This document shows positions 9,635 to 20,063 of a stretch of DNA of 63,425 nucleotides, in pieces. The stretch lies in assembly GCA_045106415.1 (NCBI GenBank), contig JBGCEP010000029.1, positions 1 to 63,425 of the forward strand. The letters are read 5' to 3'. This stretch comes from Oligoflexales bacterium. Its GTDB lineage: Bacteria; Bdellovibrionota_B; Oligoflexia; Oligoflexales; Bog-1112. A program made the position numbers and the translations under genes. The notes under the pieces are model-generated. The model was given only the letters and a program-made list of their open reading frames with translations, did no database searches and was not told the DNA's origin. The stretch's first letter is position 1; each line of letters starts with the position of its first letter.

Positions 9635-11530
9635 ATGATTCGCTTTGAAAACCTATCGAAACGCTATGGATCGAAAGAACTCTTCCAAGACTTATCTTGG
9701 GCTGTCCCTGAGGGAGAAAGGGTTGCTGTTACAGGACAAAACGGCATGGGTAAATCGACCTTGTTGAAAATTATCACAGGTGAAATCCCTGCTGATGGCG
9801 GCAGCATCATTATGCCTCAGCAAGCTCAACTTGGTTTTTTGAAGCAAGACCTCAACCCAAACCCAAAAGTCACCGTTCAACTCGAATGTGAAGATGGCGC
9901 AAAGCGTATTGTGAAGCTTCAAGAACAAATGGATGCTGCTTTACAGCTCGGAGAGGCTGGAATGCTCGAGTGGGAAAAAGCTCATACCATTTTTGAGCAA
10001 TACGACGGCTATGCGTTACCATCTAGAGCCTCGACTATTCTTTCTGGCTTAGGTTTTGGGCAAGACAAATTAGAATCAGACCCTAAACTTCTATCGCCCG
10101 GGTGGCGTTTACGCCTCGAACTCGCTCGAGTTTTAGTTGATCAACCCGATGTTCTTATACTTGATGAACCTACAAATTACCTTGATTTGCCAAGTTTAAT
10201 TTGGTTAGAAAATTTCTTGCTTGAATACACAGGCACTGTTTTGTTTGTTTCACACGACCAAGACCTTCTCACGCGCTTGCCGACCATGGTCGCAAACCTG
10301 CATTTTGGAGAACTCGAAGTTTACCGAGGAAATTATCCAAAATTTCGAGAATGGATTCAAGTTCAAGAAGAAACTAAACAAGCTGCGCGAGATAAAATGG
10401 AAGGTCAAAAACAGCACTTGCAAGGCTTTATTGATCGCTTTGGAGCCAAAGCATCAAAAGCAAGCCAAGCACGCTCGATGGGTAAAAAATTAGATAAACT
10501 TGAGCAAAACGCACAAGGCCTTCAGGCCCGAACGAACGAACGTAAAGCTGTTGTAAAACTCCCTCAAGCCCTGAAATCATCACGTATTCTCTATCAAGTC
10601 GAGGACGGAAGTATCGGCTATGACTCAAAACCCGTTTTATCAAACATCAATATGGTTGTCGAAAAAGGTCAAAAAATAGCTGTTCTAGGTGCAAACGGCC
10701 TCGGTAAATCTACTTTTTTAAAATCGATTTTTGGTGAGCTTCCAGTCTGTTCAGGAACATTTGAACCAACCGAACACACAAAAATTCGCTACTTTAGCCA
10801 ACAACTCGAAGATCTAGACCCTGAGGACACGGTTCTCGAGAGTCTCTCGTCACTCTCACAACAAACTATGACCGAGCGCCGCAAAATTCTCGGAGCGTTC
10901 TTATTTAGTCATGACGACATGGAAAAACCTGTCAAAGTTTTATCCGGGGGAGAACGGAGTCGTCTCGGCTTGGCAAGGCTTATCGCAGCTCCGGCCAATT
11001 TTTTATTACTTGATGAGCCAACAAATCACCTTGATATTCAAATGTGCGACACTCTCGCACACTTGCTTTCCTCTTGGGATGGCACCCTTTTGTTTGTCAG
11101 TCATGATCGAAGCTTTATTCGCAAGGTGGCGACATCAGTCTTCGCTATCAACACTCGCGGAGAACCTCTTTACTACCCAGGAACATTTGAAGAATATTGC
11201 GAATACGCTGTCGACACGGGGTTTGATCCAACGTTTAGTGGCGCTAGCCTCACAGCTGGGAATAAAAAAAGCCCCTCGAAGTCTAAAAAACAATCCGAAG
11301 GTCCAAAAAAAAGCTCAGGCTTAAGTCAAAACCAAAGACGAAAACTTGAAAAAAAATCAAATGAGTTGGAAAAAAAGGTTCAAAAACTCCAAAGCGACAT
11401 CGCTGATCTAGATATGCAGCTCGCACATCACTACTGTGAAGATATTTCTAAAAAACGTCAGCAGTGCAATGCAGATCTTGAATCTTCCGAAGAAGAGTGG
11501 CTCACAGTTCAAAGCCGCCTCGAATCATGA
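9635..11530 (+). CDS. ABC-F family ribosome-associated ATPase
   Basis: Two NBDs (GQNGMGKST/LDEPTN and GANGLGKST/LSGGE/LDEPTNH), linker FIDRFGAKASKASQARS, C-terminal coiled coil, no TM segments. Confidence 0.93.
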   Translation: MIRFENLSKRYGSKELFQDLSWAVPEGERVAVTGQNGMGKSTLLKIITGEIPADGGSIIMPQQAQLGFLKQDLNPNPKVTVQLECEDGAKRIVKLQEQMDAALQLGEAGMLEWEKAHTIFEQYDGYALPSRASTILSGLGFGQDKLESDPKLLSPGWRLRLELARVLVDQPDVLILDEPTNYLDLPSLIWLENFLLEYTGTVLFVSHDQDLLTRLPTMVANLHFGELEVYRGNYPKFREWIQVQEETKQAARDKMEGQKQHLQGFIDRFGAKASKASQARSMGKKLDKLEQNAQGLQARTNERKAVVKLPQALKSSRILYQVEDGSIGYDSKPVLSNINMVVEKGQKIAVLGANGLGKSTFLKSIFGELPVCSGTFEPTEHTKIRYFSQQLEDLDPEDTVLESLSSLSQQTMTERRKILGAFLFSHDDMEKPVKVLSGGERSRLGLARLIAAPANFLLLDEPTNHLDIQMCDTLAHLLSSWDGTLLFVSHDRSFIRKVATSVFAINTRGEPLYYPGTFEEYCEYAVDTGFDPTFSGASLTAGNKKSPSKSKKQSEGPKKSSGLSQNQRRKLEKKSNELEKKVQKLQSDIADLDMQLAHHYCEDISKKRQQCNADLESSEEEWLTVQSRLES

Positions 11531-12805
11531 AGACTTTTTAACGCCCACATCAAATCTATGACTGAGGGAGGGCAACGGACTCCTAAACTCTCCAGCTTTA
11601 GCCCAGCAATGAGCTAAAGCTGTTTGTGAAGGGCTTCCTCCCCCTCTTTTTTCAACAACACGATCTCCAATACGTTCGCAAAGCTTACGATAACTCGTAA
11701 GTTTGCCACCGTAAATTGTCCAACAAGGCCCTTTTTCCCCTGGCAACTCACCCAGCGTCCACTCTCTAGACGTTTTGGTGGCTGACTGCCCCTTTTCGAC
11801 AGCGAGCCATCTCCAACCTGCAAACTCATGAATGATATCTTTTTGTGTCCACTCACAAGACAACCATGGCTGCAAACTAGAAAGAAGATAGTCTACAGAA
11901 TCTTGATCCACACATAATTCATCTGGAGAAACGTCCTCAACTTGCTCTGTTGTTCCAACAAGAGTTTGGCCTTGCCAAGGCAATAAGAAAAATAAACGTT
12001 GATCAATATGACTTTCCAAAAGAACGGCCCCTTTTAAACCTAAATCAGGAAAAACCAGGTGAACCCCTTTATTTAAAACCCCATCATGTGTAGGCGATAT
12101 TCCTGAGTGTTCTAGTAAGGTGTTGGCCCAAGGGCCAAGGGCGTTAATTACGATCGGGGCTTTCCATTTTGACTTTGCGCCATAAACATCAACGACATCA
12201 ACCTCCCAGCCTTGAGCTGTTGAGGATAATTTTTTAACATTCATGCCTTCATAAATTTCGCCACCAAGATTTTCAGCAGATGTAGCCACTCTTATTGTGA
12301 GCCCAACATCATCTGTCTGACCATCCCAAAACGATTGAACAATCTCATCATCATGGATACGAACATAGGGCAGAACGTTTTTCACAATGGATCCGCGGCA
12401 ATGTCCAGGAGCACCAAGAGATGCTGACCCAGCCAAATACTCATAAAGATAAATCCCAATTTTCACCATCCACTGAGGCGTCCCACCTTGTGCAGCAACA
12501 GGGATATAACATTGAAGAGGTTGAACCAGGTCAGGTGCATTTCTAAGCAAAATCTGCCTCTCTCTCAAAGACTCTCGCACCATCCCAAACTGAGATATTC
12601 TTTTAAGATAACGAAGGCCCCCATGGATCAGTTTGGTCGATCGAGAACTCGTGCCGGAACCAACTACATCACGCTCTAGTAAAGCAATACGACTCATTCC
12701 GCGAGAAGCTAAGTCGTGCAACACCCCAACACCGTGAATCCCACCACCTAAAACCAACACATCGTGCTCATGAACATCCATTTCTGACCTCACAACATCA
12801 CTCAA
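11525..12805 (-). CDS. glpD: FAD-dependent glycerol-3-phosphate dehydrogenase/oxidase-like
   Basis: VLGGGIHG, GTSSRSTKLIHGGLRYL, INALGPW, KGVHL, TLVGTTE, GGKLTSYR. Confidence 0.85.
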   Translation of the reverse strand: MSDVVRSEMDVHEHDVLVLGGGIHGVGVLHDLASRGMSRIALLERDVVGSGTSSRSTKLIHGGLRYLKRISQFGMVRESLRERQILLRNAPDLVQPLQCYIPVAAQGGTPQWMVKIGIYLYEYLAGSASLGAPGHCRGSIVKNVLPYVRIHDDEIVQSFWDGQTDDVGLTIRVATSAENLGGEIYEGMNVKKLSSTAQGWEVDVVDVYGAKSKWKAPIVINALGPWANTLLEHSGISPTHDGVLNKGVHLVFPDLGLKGAVLLESHIDQRLFFLLPWQGQTLVGTTEQVEDVSPDELCVDQDSVDYLLSSLQPWLSCEWTQKDIIHEFAGWRWLAVEKGQSATKTSREWTLGELPGEKGPCWTIYGGKLTSYRKLCERIGDRVVEKRGGGSPSQTALAHCWAKAGEFRSPLPSLSHRFDVGVKKSS

Positions 12806-12851
12806 TACAAGATGTATGTTATGCTGAAAGGAGCCATATAGCGAGGGAACC

Positions 12852-13238
12852 GTGAACCCAGAGCAAACCCCACAAGACGAACTTCATCTCGACCGCAAAG
12901 ATCGATTTATATCTCATGCTCTTGTCGAAGTAAGAAAATATAGATGGTGGCCTTTTGGGGTCCACAGTGCAGTTTTGTTGGATATTAGTTTGCAAGGTTT
13001 TAAATGTGAGTTCACAGCACCGTTTGACACAAATATTGGGGCAAGCTATTGGCTCACAATTCCTCTTCCCCCTCTAGGAATTTTCGCGCCATCAAAAATA
13101 TCCTGTCTAGGCGAATGCCGGTGGTTCGATGCCAACACCATGAGGTTTGGTGGAGTCTTCGTCGAGCTCGACAAAACACAGCGATTACTTATTGAACAAG
13201 TCGTAAGCACCCTCAGTGCAAATGACAAACGCTTATAG
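12852..13238 (+). CDS. PilZ domain protein
   Basis: RKDRF (RxxxR-like) and DISLQG (DxSxxG) motifs, ending FGGVFVEL. Confidence 0.75.
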   Translation: MNPEQTPQDELHLDRKDRFISHALVEVRKYRWWPFGVHSAVLLDISLQGFKCEFTAPFDTNIGASYWLTIPLPPLGIFAPSKISCLGECRWFDANTMRFGGVFVELDKTQRLLIEQVVSTLSANDKRL

Positions 13239-13286
13239 CACTCCTCAACAATCCACAAAAAATTCAAGTCTTTTTGCAGAGATGTG

Positions 13287-13316
13287 TTGTATCTGTGAAG
13301 TTCGTGACATTATAAT
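13287..13316 (+). promoter_or_regulatory. Candidate sigma70 promoter of fadI-fadJ
   Basis: TTGTAT-N18-TATAAT about 110 nt upstream of fadI ATG, which has GGAGG. Confidence 0.4.
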
Positions 13317-13424
13317 CTGAACATCATTGAAAACGACGAAAATCATACTAATGCTCAGTTTTCATAGAAAGCACTGCTACGCACTCCATCGGGACGTGCC
13401 AGGCCACCCACACATGGAGGAGTC

Positions 13425-14747
13425 ATGAAAAAAAAATCACGCGCCACATACCCCACAGGAAAAGGAGCTCCTGTTCTTATCGGTGGCGCAAGGACTGCAT
13501 TTGTGAAGTCTTTCGGAGTTTTTGAAGACTGTGATGCTCTTGATCTTTTTAGCCAGACTGTCGATCAACTCTGCCGCAAAATTAATTTGCCCCCTGAAGA
13601 AATCAATGAAATTATCGCAGGCTCCGTCATACCACAAACCAAAAATCCAAACATTGCCCGCGACACAATACTGAACTTAGGTTTATCTGAAAAAACACAT
13701 GGTTACACCATGAACAGAGCTTGCACATCAAGTCTTCAAGCCATCATTAATGCGTCGACATCTATACGTTTCGGCCACCCTGATATCGTTCTTGCTGGCG
13801 GTGTAGAGTGTTTAAGTGATGTCCCTGTTGTCTACTCTCAAGATGCCCGTAAGTTTATGGTCAAACTTAGCAAAGCACGCTCAACAACAGCAAAGCTTAA
13901 TCTTCTTAAAAATTTCAAAGCAAAAGCCTGGTTGCCACGTCCACCCGCTTTAGAAGAACCTCTCACAGGTCTTAGTATGGGACAGCACGCTGAAATTATG
14001 GCTCAAAAAAACGATATTTCTCGCTCAGATCAAGATAGTTTTGCTGTCGACAGTCATCGCAAAGCAGCTCACTCTCAAGAAATGGGGTTTTTTGACGAGG
14101 AAATCATTCCAGTTTGGCCAGCTCCAAAATATAATGAATGTGTCAAATCTGATAATATTATCCGCAAAGACACTTCAATCGAAGCTATGGGGCAGTTAAA
14201 AACTGTCTTTGAAAAACCTTACGGGTCACTCACAGCAGGGAATTCTTCACCGTTAACCGATGGGGCAGCCGTCTCTATTATTGCTGATGAAGAACGCGCG
14301 CTTTCACTGGGACTCAAGCCTATCGCTAGGATTCTTGATTTTGACTTTGTAGGCGTCGATCCAAATGATCAACTCCTTATTGGGCCAGCTATCACTGTGC
14401 CGCGTTTATTACAGCGGAACGGCATGACCTTGGGTGACATCGACCGTTTTGAGATTCATGAAGCATTTGCAGCACAAACTCTCAGTTGCATACGCTCGAT
14501 GGCCTCAAGCATTTTTTGTGAAAAACACCTTGGTATGAGCCAAGCGTTCGGCGAACTTCCAATGGATAAACTCAATGTCAACGGGGGGGCACTTGCTATT
14601 GGCCACCCTTTTGCAGCAACCGGCTCTCGCCTTATGAATACTTTGGCCCTTGAGCTTCAACGAAGTGATAGCGAGCTTGGTGTCATTGGTATTTGCGCAG
14701 CAGGTGGTATGGCAGGATCTCTATTGATTGAAAGAATCGGAGGGTAA
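13425..14747 (+). CDS. fadI: Acetyl-CoA C-acyltransferase (3-ketoacyl-CoA thiolase, FadI-like)
   Basis: NRACTSS catalytic Cys, GNSSPLTDGA, HEAFAAQ, GGALAIGHPFAATG, CAAGG; adjacent to fadJ. Confidence 0.92.
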   Translation: MKKKSRATYPTGKGAPVLIGGARTAFVKSFGVFEDCDALDLFSQTVDQLCRKINLPPEEINEIIAGSVIPQTKNPNIARDTILNLGLSEKTHGYTMNRACTSSLQAIINASTSIRFGHPDIVLAGGVECLSDVPVVYSQDARKFMVKLSKARSTTAKLNLLKNFKAKAWLPRPPALEEPLTGLSMGQHAEIMAQKNDISRSDQDSFAVDSHRKAAHSQEMGFFDEEIIPVWPAPKYNECVKSDNIIRKDTSIEAMGQLKTVFEKPYGSLTAGNSSPLTDGAAVSIIADEERALSLGLKPIARILDFDFVGVDPNDQLLIGPAITVPRLLQRNGMTLGDIDRFEIHEAFAAQTLSCIRSMASSIFCEKHLGMSQAFGELPMDKLNVNGGALAIGHPFAATGSRLMNTLALELQRSDSELGVIGICAAGGMAGSLLIERIGG

Positions 14748-14749
14748 AC

Positions 14750-16894
14750 ATGAAACATTTATCAATAAAAAAAGATGACAATCAACTTGTTATTGTCACG
14801 TTTGATAGTCCAAATAAAGAAGTCAATACACTTTCTCGAGAAGTGTTTGAAGAACTTAAAACTGTGATTGATCAGCTTAAAACCGATCCTCAAGCCAAAG
14901 GCTTAATCATTCGCAGTGCCAAAAAAGACTTTATCGTTGGCGCTGATATTGGAGACATTGAAAAACTTTCCTCCAAAGAAGAGGCAACCCAAGCTGCTAC
15001 AGACGGACAAGAGGTCCTCACAGACCTTTCTGAACTCAAAATACCCTCTGTCGCTATGATTCACGGACTTTGCTTAGGCGGTGGTTTAGAGCTCGCCCTC
15101 GCCTGTCGCTTTCGTGTTGCTTCAAACGATCCACGCACAAAGTTAGGTTTACCTGAGATTCAACTTGGCCTTATTCCTGGGTGTGGTGGCACTCAAAGAC
15201 TCCCGCGCCTTATTGGTATCCAAGCTGCAATGGATATGATTCTCACAGGACGTCAAGTCTCTGCGAAAAAATCAAAGAAAAAAGAACTTGTAAGTGAGGT
15301 CACTCCAATTGGCCGCCTTTTAGAAGCTGCTCATGAGTGTTTATCCCAAAACAAGCCAAAGATTCATTCTCAAAGTCTTCCTGACTGGGCTATCGAAGGC
15401 AATCCTATTGGCCGAAAAGTCATGATGAAACGTGCTCGAGACATGATTGACGACAAGACAAAAGGATTCTATCCGGCATCTTATAAAGCTCTTGAAGCTA
15501 TTGGAGACGGTTTCGATCTCTCTATCAAAGAAGGCCTCGCTCTTGAAGCACAACTGTTTGGAGAGCTTGTCACGACACGTGAGCACCAAGGGCTTGTTCA
15601 TCTTTTTCATGCGACAACTGCAGCAAAGAAAAATATCTATGCTGATGCAACACAAGAAGTTTTTGGATCACAAAAAACACAAATGGTTGGCGTTTTTGGC
15701 GCTGGCCTTATGGGCCAAGGAATCTCAACAGTTTCTGTCTCAAAAGGACTCCGTGTACGCCTCTCTGACCCTAACGAAGAAAATATTAGTAAAGCTCTCC
15801 AGGCCACTAAACGTTACCTTCAAAAGAAAGTTGATAAGCGTAGAATTCAATCTTTTGAAATGAAAAAACAACTCGCTCATTTATCAGCCGATACCAGTCC
15901 CCAAGGTTTTGAGCACTGCGATGTTGTCATTGAAGCAGTATTTGAAGACCTTCCACTCAAACAAAAACTTCTTAAAGAACTTGAAGAAAAAGCACATGAA
16001 AATTTAATTTTTGCCTCTAACACCTCCGCTATTCCCATTGCCGAAATTGCTAAAAAAGCAAAACACCCAGAACGGGTTATCGGGATGCACTTTTTTTCCC
16101 CTGTAGAAAGCATGCCTCTGCTTGAAATTATTAGAACCCCTCAAACAGCCGATTGGGTCACAGGCCGCATTGTTGATCTTGGCCAAACTATGGGTAAACA
16201 AATCATAGTTGTACAAGATGGACCTGGGTTTTACACAACTCGGGCTCTTGCTTTCTACATGTGTGAAGCAGCTCAAATTCTCTCTGAAGGAACACCTATC
16301 GAAATTCTTGATAGATGTCTCACACGCTTCGGTTTTCCTATTGGGCCCATAGCTCTTGTTGATGAGGTTGGAATCGATGTTGCTCAGCATGTCCTCAAAA
16401 CCATGAAAGAAGCTTTTCCTGAACGCGTCATCATCCCTGATGCCATTGATGCAATTCTTGCCTCGGGACGGCTCGGAAAAAAGAATCAAAAAGGCTTCTA
16501 CCACTATAAGAATGGTCATAAAACCCGCCCTGATGATGAAATCTATCACATCACAAAGACAGAAATTTCCCATGAGTGTGATGAACGTGAAATTGCAGAT
16601 CGTTGTATTCTATTATTTGTAAATGAATCCGTTCGGTGTCTTGAAGAAAACATTCTAAGCTCACCAAGAGATGGCGATATTGGTGCTGTTTTTGGGCTTG
16701 GGTTCCCACCGTTCTTAGGAGGCCCATTCAAATATGTGGACTTGGTTGGCGCATCGTCAGTTGTGGCTCAATTGCAAAAATTTGCAGAGCAACACGGCCC
16801 ACGATTTGCTCCTGCGAAAACGTTGGTGGAACACGCAGAAAAGAACACTTTGTTCTTTCCTGAGGAACCTGGTATGGCTTTTCATCAGCGTTAA
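14750..16894 (+). CDS. fadJ: Fatty acid oxidation complex alpha subunit (enoyl-CoA hydratase/3-hydroxyacyl-CoA dehydrogenase)
   Basis: FIVGADI, CLGGGLELALAC, LPEIQLGLIPG, GAGLMG, IEAVFE, ASNTS, GMHFFSP, GLGFPPFLGGP. Confidence 0.94.
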   Translation: MKHLSIKKDDNQLVIVTFDSPNKEVNTLSREVFEELKTVIDQLKTDPQAKGLIIRSAKKDFIVGADIGDIEKLSSKEEATQAATDGQEVLTDLSELKIPSVAMIHGLCLGGGLELALACRFRVASNDPRTKLGLPEIQLGLIPGCGGTQRLPRLIGIQAAMDMILTGRQVSAKKSKKKELVSEVTPIGRLLEAAHECLSQNKPKIHSQSLPDWAIEGNPIGRKVMMKRARDMIDDKTKGFYPASYKALEAIGDGFDLSIKEGLALEAQLFGELVTTREHQGLVHLFHATTAAKKNIYADATQEVFGSQKTQMVGVFGAGLMGQGISTVSVSKGLRVRLSDPNEENISKALQATKRYLQKKVDKRRIQSFEMKKQLAHLSADTSPQGFEHCDVVIEAVFEDLPLKQKLLKELEEKAHENLIFASNTSAIPIAEIAKKAKHPERVIGMHFFSPVESMPLLEIIRTPQTADWVTGRIVDLGQTMGKQIIVVQDGPGFYTTRALAFYMCEAAQILSEGTPIEILDRCLTRFGFPIGPIALVDEVGIDVAQHVLKTMKEAFPERVIIPDAIDAILASGRLGKKNQKGFYHYKNGHKTRPDDEIYHITKTEISHECDEREIADRCILLFVNESVRCLEENILSSPRDGDIGAVFGLGFPPFLGGPFKYVDLVGASSVVAQLQKFAEQHGPRFAPAKTLVEHAEKNTLFFPEEPGMAFHQR

Positions 16895-19442
16895 AAGCTT
16901 TTCAAGCCCTCTCAGCAAGAGGGCTGTGATCGACATTAAACTTTCAAAACAAAGTCCCGCTGAACGTTTTCCCACATGGGCTAGCGGGACTCTTCAGTTT
17001 TCCGTTCATGAAGCCCCTGTCTGTATTCAACTTCCTAAAACACACCCCTCATCACATAATTTTTTGGCACGGCGTATCGGGCTTTTATCTGGTCAAAAAT
17101 CATTAAGTGTCTTTCAAAAATCGAGTCTTTCTCTCGAAAATTCCGAACAAGCACACATTTTAGAAGACGGAGTCATTCAATTCACAAAAAAAGGGCATTA
17201 TTCTTTAAAATTTAAAGGCCAAATTCCTTTACCGTTATTTTTGGCAGAATATGAAAATCTCGCTTATTTAAACTACTACCCAATCATTCTTGAAGATTGT
17301 AAAAATCATCGCTTTTCAAAAAACATCAAAACACAAATCAAAATAAAAATTCCTAAAAATCTTCACCTAGCAGGAAGCAACGCAGAATACCAAAATGGAT
17401 TTTACTATCTTAAATCCTGGCAAACTCACATCCCCATGGCCTTAGCTGTAGCGCCATGGGAAAGGCATCAAAGCTTCACAGTCTACGGGCCCTTAACTCT
17501 ATGGACTCAAAGTCCAACACAAGATATCTCCACCGCACAATCCGCAATGGTACAACACTCTAAAACTTTTGGGGCATACCCTTTTTCTTCTCTGGATATT
17601 ATTGAAGCCTCAGGCGGGCAAGGTCATATCATCAAAGGTCACGTACTCCTTGATACACCTAGAAAAAAAACTTTGCGCAACGCTCAAAGTGAATATATGA
17701 ACCTCCACAACTGGGCTCTTGTTACCCTAATGGCTCAACAATGGGTCGGTGTTTCGGTGTTTCTCCACCACCCAAATGACACATGGCTTTTTGAAGGGCT
17801 CATTGAGTACGCCACCGCAAGAGCCTTAGAAAACATGGGGCATAAATCAAGCCTTTGGAATACTTGGAAAAAACCATGGAATCCTGTTTCTCTCAACTAC
17901 CAAGATATCCAAAACCTTGGTACAACCTGGCTAAGCTCTCATGTACCATATAGCCAACTCACAAAAGACGACTATACCTCACGACTTCCCTATAAACGCC
18001 AATCTCCACTCATTTATCTTAGACATGCAGCTGCTATGAAGCACTGCGCCGCAGCTGCCAGCGAAAGCCAACTTTTGAATTCTCTACATCGCATCATGCA
18101 AAAATTTAAAGGAAGTACTTTTACACCACAAGAATTTCGGAGTGAACTTCTCTCAGATTTGCCATACCTCAAGCACCAAGTCGATCGATGGTGGACCACA
18201 AGATCTTGGCCAGACTATGAACTTCTCTCTTTCCACACTCAACCCACAAAGTCTCAACAGTGGATCACCATGCTTAGAATGGTGGACCACGGGGGGTTTA
18301 ACACCCCTATCCCTGTACGTTTAAGCAATGCGCAAAACGATTATTTCACGACAGTTGTTCAACAAAAATCAGGCCAACCTATTGAAATTCTAACAACATT
18401 CGAACCAACCACTGCAGAAATTGATCCGTTCTACAAAACTTTTGATATTGATCGCTTCAACAATTCAAATAAAAACCCTGGGATATCTGCATTTCCTGGG
18501 TCTGCCAAAACTCTTTCCGATAAAGACTACACTCTCATATGGTTTCCATATTTTCTTCGCAGGCACGGTGAGCCCATGTCTGTGGGTATCATCACATCTT
18601 TATATCGATATCTCACTCATGGCTTAACCATGTACTCAGAGTGGCAAAATGAAAACAAAACACTGTCCAGCCAACTCGTCTATCAATCCAATATTTTTCA
18701 GCACACCACTCACCTGACAGCACACCTCTCTAAAGACCACTACGGTGACTCATTAGCGCTTTTACAGCTCAAACGAGAAATCCCTATACCTGCAGGTCTC
18801 TCACCCAAAATAGGTTCCATCATACGTCATAGATCAAATAAAGGTGGCCTCAACTCTCATGAAACCTTTGCACTCTCGGCTGAGACTCACTATCAAGGGC
18901 TTTTGGAAGTATTCCAGCAAACAGAATGGGAAACATCACTCCCAGGGATTTACAACTACTCTCGCAATAAGATTATGCTCCATATTCACACACCAACCAC
19001 CTACCCTATTCAATGGAGCGGGCGCTGGATTCACGGATCAACATCTTACTCAAAAGCTCCTGAGACAGCTCTATGGACACCTCAAAAACAAACTGATGGA
19101 GCCATTCGTATCGATGAACAAAACCTCGATAGTTCGAATAAAATCATGACAATCTCCCAGGAACTTTCTATCCCATTTCCAATTCCATTACCTTCATCCG
19201 CTTTTTTACTCGGAGGTCGCGCCCGCTTAAGAGCCTTTTATGATTATGGACATTCCTATGCTCCTGAGCATATTTATAGTGCGAGCGGACTTATCATGAA
19301 CCTCCCAATTGGTGGAGACGTCACCGGCGCTGGACCAGTTTCTTTATCAGGACTGTCTGCAACATTAGTTTTGCACACAAGAATCGACTCAGAGTCTTCC
19401 AAAAAACCAAGGTTATTCGGTGGTTTATCTGCTGATTTTTGA
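16860..19442 (+). CDS. Degenerate M1 aminopeptidase-like protein with C-terminal beta-strand-rich (outer membrane-like) domain
   Basis: FGAYPFSSL, LMAQQWVG (in place of HExxHxWFG), WLFEGLIEY, IDP..DIDRFNN; terminal Phe; start uncertain (CTG 16860 gives a signal-peptide-like N-terminus). Confidence 0.65.
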   Translation: MRNLVWLFISVKSFSSPLSKRAVIDIKLSKQSPAERFPTWASGTLQFSVHEAPVCIQLPKTHPSSHNFLARRIGLLSGQKSLSVFQKSSLSLENSEQAHILEDGVIQFTKKGHYSLKFKGQIPLPLFLAEYENLAYLNYYPIILEDCKNHRFSKNIKTQIKIKIPKNLHLAGSNAEYQNGFYYLKSWQTHIPMALAVAPWERHQSFTVYGPLTLWTQSPTQDISTAQSAMVQHSKTFGAYPFSSLDIIEASGGQGHIIKGHVLLDTPRKKTLRNAQSEYMNLHNWALVTLMAQQWVGVSVFLHHPNDTWLFEGLIEYATARALENMGHKSSLWNTWKKPWNPVSLNYQDIQNLGTTWLSSHVPYSQLTKDDYTSRLPYKRQSPLIYLRHAAAMKHCAAAASESQLLNSLHRIMQKFKGSTFTPQEFRSELLSDLPYLKHQVDRWWTTRSWPDYELLSFHTQPTKSQQWITMLRMVDHGGFNTPIPVRLSNAQNDYFTTVVQQKSGQPIEILTTFEPTTAEIDPFYKTFDIDRFNNSNKNPGISAFPGSAKTLSDKDYTLIWFPYFLRRHGEPMSVGIITSLYRYLTHGLTMYSEWQNENKTLSSQLVYQSNIFQHTTHLTAHLSKDHYGDSLALLQLKREIPIPAGLSPKIGSIIRHRSNKGGLNSHETFALSAETHYQGLLEVFQQTEWETSLPGIYNYSRNKIMLHIHTPTTYPIQWSGRWIHGSTSYSKAPETALWTPQKQTDGAIRIDEQNLDSSNKIMTISQELSIPFPIPLPSSAFLLGGRARLRAFYDYGHSYAPEHIYSASGLIMNLPIGGDVTGAGPVSLSGLSATLVLHTRIDSESSKKPRLFGGLSADF

Positions 19443-19546
19443 AAATTAAACCTTTTATTAGAAAATCATAAGAAAGATGTTGACCAGTTGGACAACATCA
19501 AACTATGATGGGATCAAACAATGATGATTTTGCAATAACACGGGAC

Positions 19547-19981
19547 TTAGCGGTCGATTCGGAGCTGCCTTGCGGCTTGTAAAGAGTCACGATAAATCTC
19601 CCAACGCCCTTGTTCTTCTCCTTGAGGTTCTTCATACACATCTGTCTCAACATATTGAGGGGGAGTTTTATAGAACGGTAAACGGGGACGAGCGATGCGC
19701 CCTTTCACACTGAGTGACTTTAACTTCATTTTCGAACGTTTAAGCTCTTTAGCACGTTTTGCAATTTGTTCTTCGTCACCAGAAAGGTCTTTTTGAACAA
19801 ATCCTGGTGGTATTACATCCCTCAGGCCTTCTTGTCCACGGTCTTTCTCAATACGCATATTCCCATCTTCAATGCGATAAACTTCTGCTTGCACATAAGG
19901 GAAGTAGGCTAAAACAAAGGCCGCAATACATCCTTTCAAAACACACCTCCTTTTTTGTGAGTCTTTCCTCCTTATCGACAT
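19547..19981 (-). CDS. Small secreted protein, possibly CglF/GltF-like
   Basis: Signal-like IAAFVLAYFPYVQA; MKLKSLSVKGRIARPRLPF resembles the ..IEG.I.KP motif of CglF-type proteins. Confidence 0.5.
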   Translation of the reverse strand: MSIRRKDSQKRRCVLKGCIAAFVLAYFPYVQAEVYRIEDGNMRIEKDRGQEGLRDVIPPGFVQKDLSGDEEQIAKRAKELKRSKMKLKSLSVKGRIARPRLPFYKTPPQYVETDVYEEPQGEEQGRWEIYRDSLQAARQLRIDR

Positions 19982-20063
19982 CGCAAAAAAAAAGTAAACC
20001 CTCCAGCATCATAACTACAGAATAGTCTCAAACCTTCCGATGTAGTTTACATCATGGAGAAAT

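Noticed and set aside
16734..16859. Long N-terminal extension of the M1-like ORF overlapping fadJ
   Set aside because: Not protein-like and buries the signal-like segment; likely an ORF-caller extension
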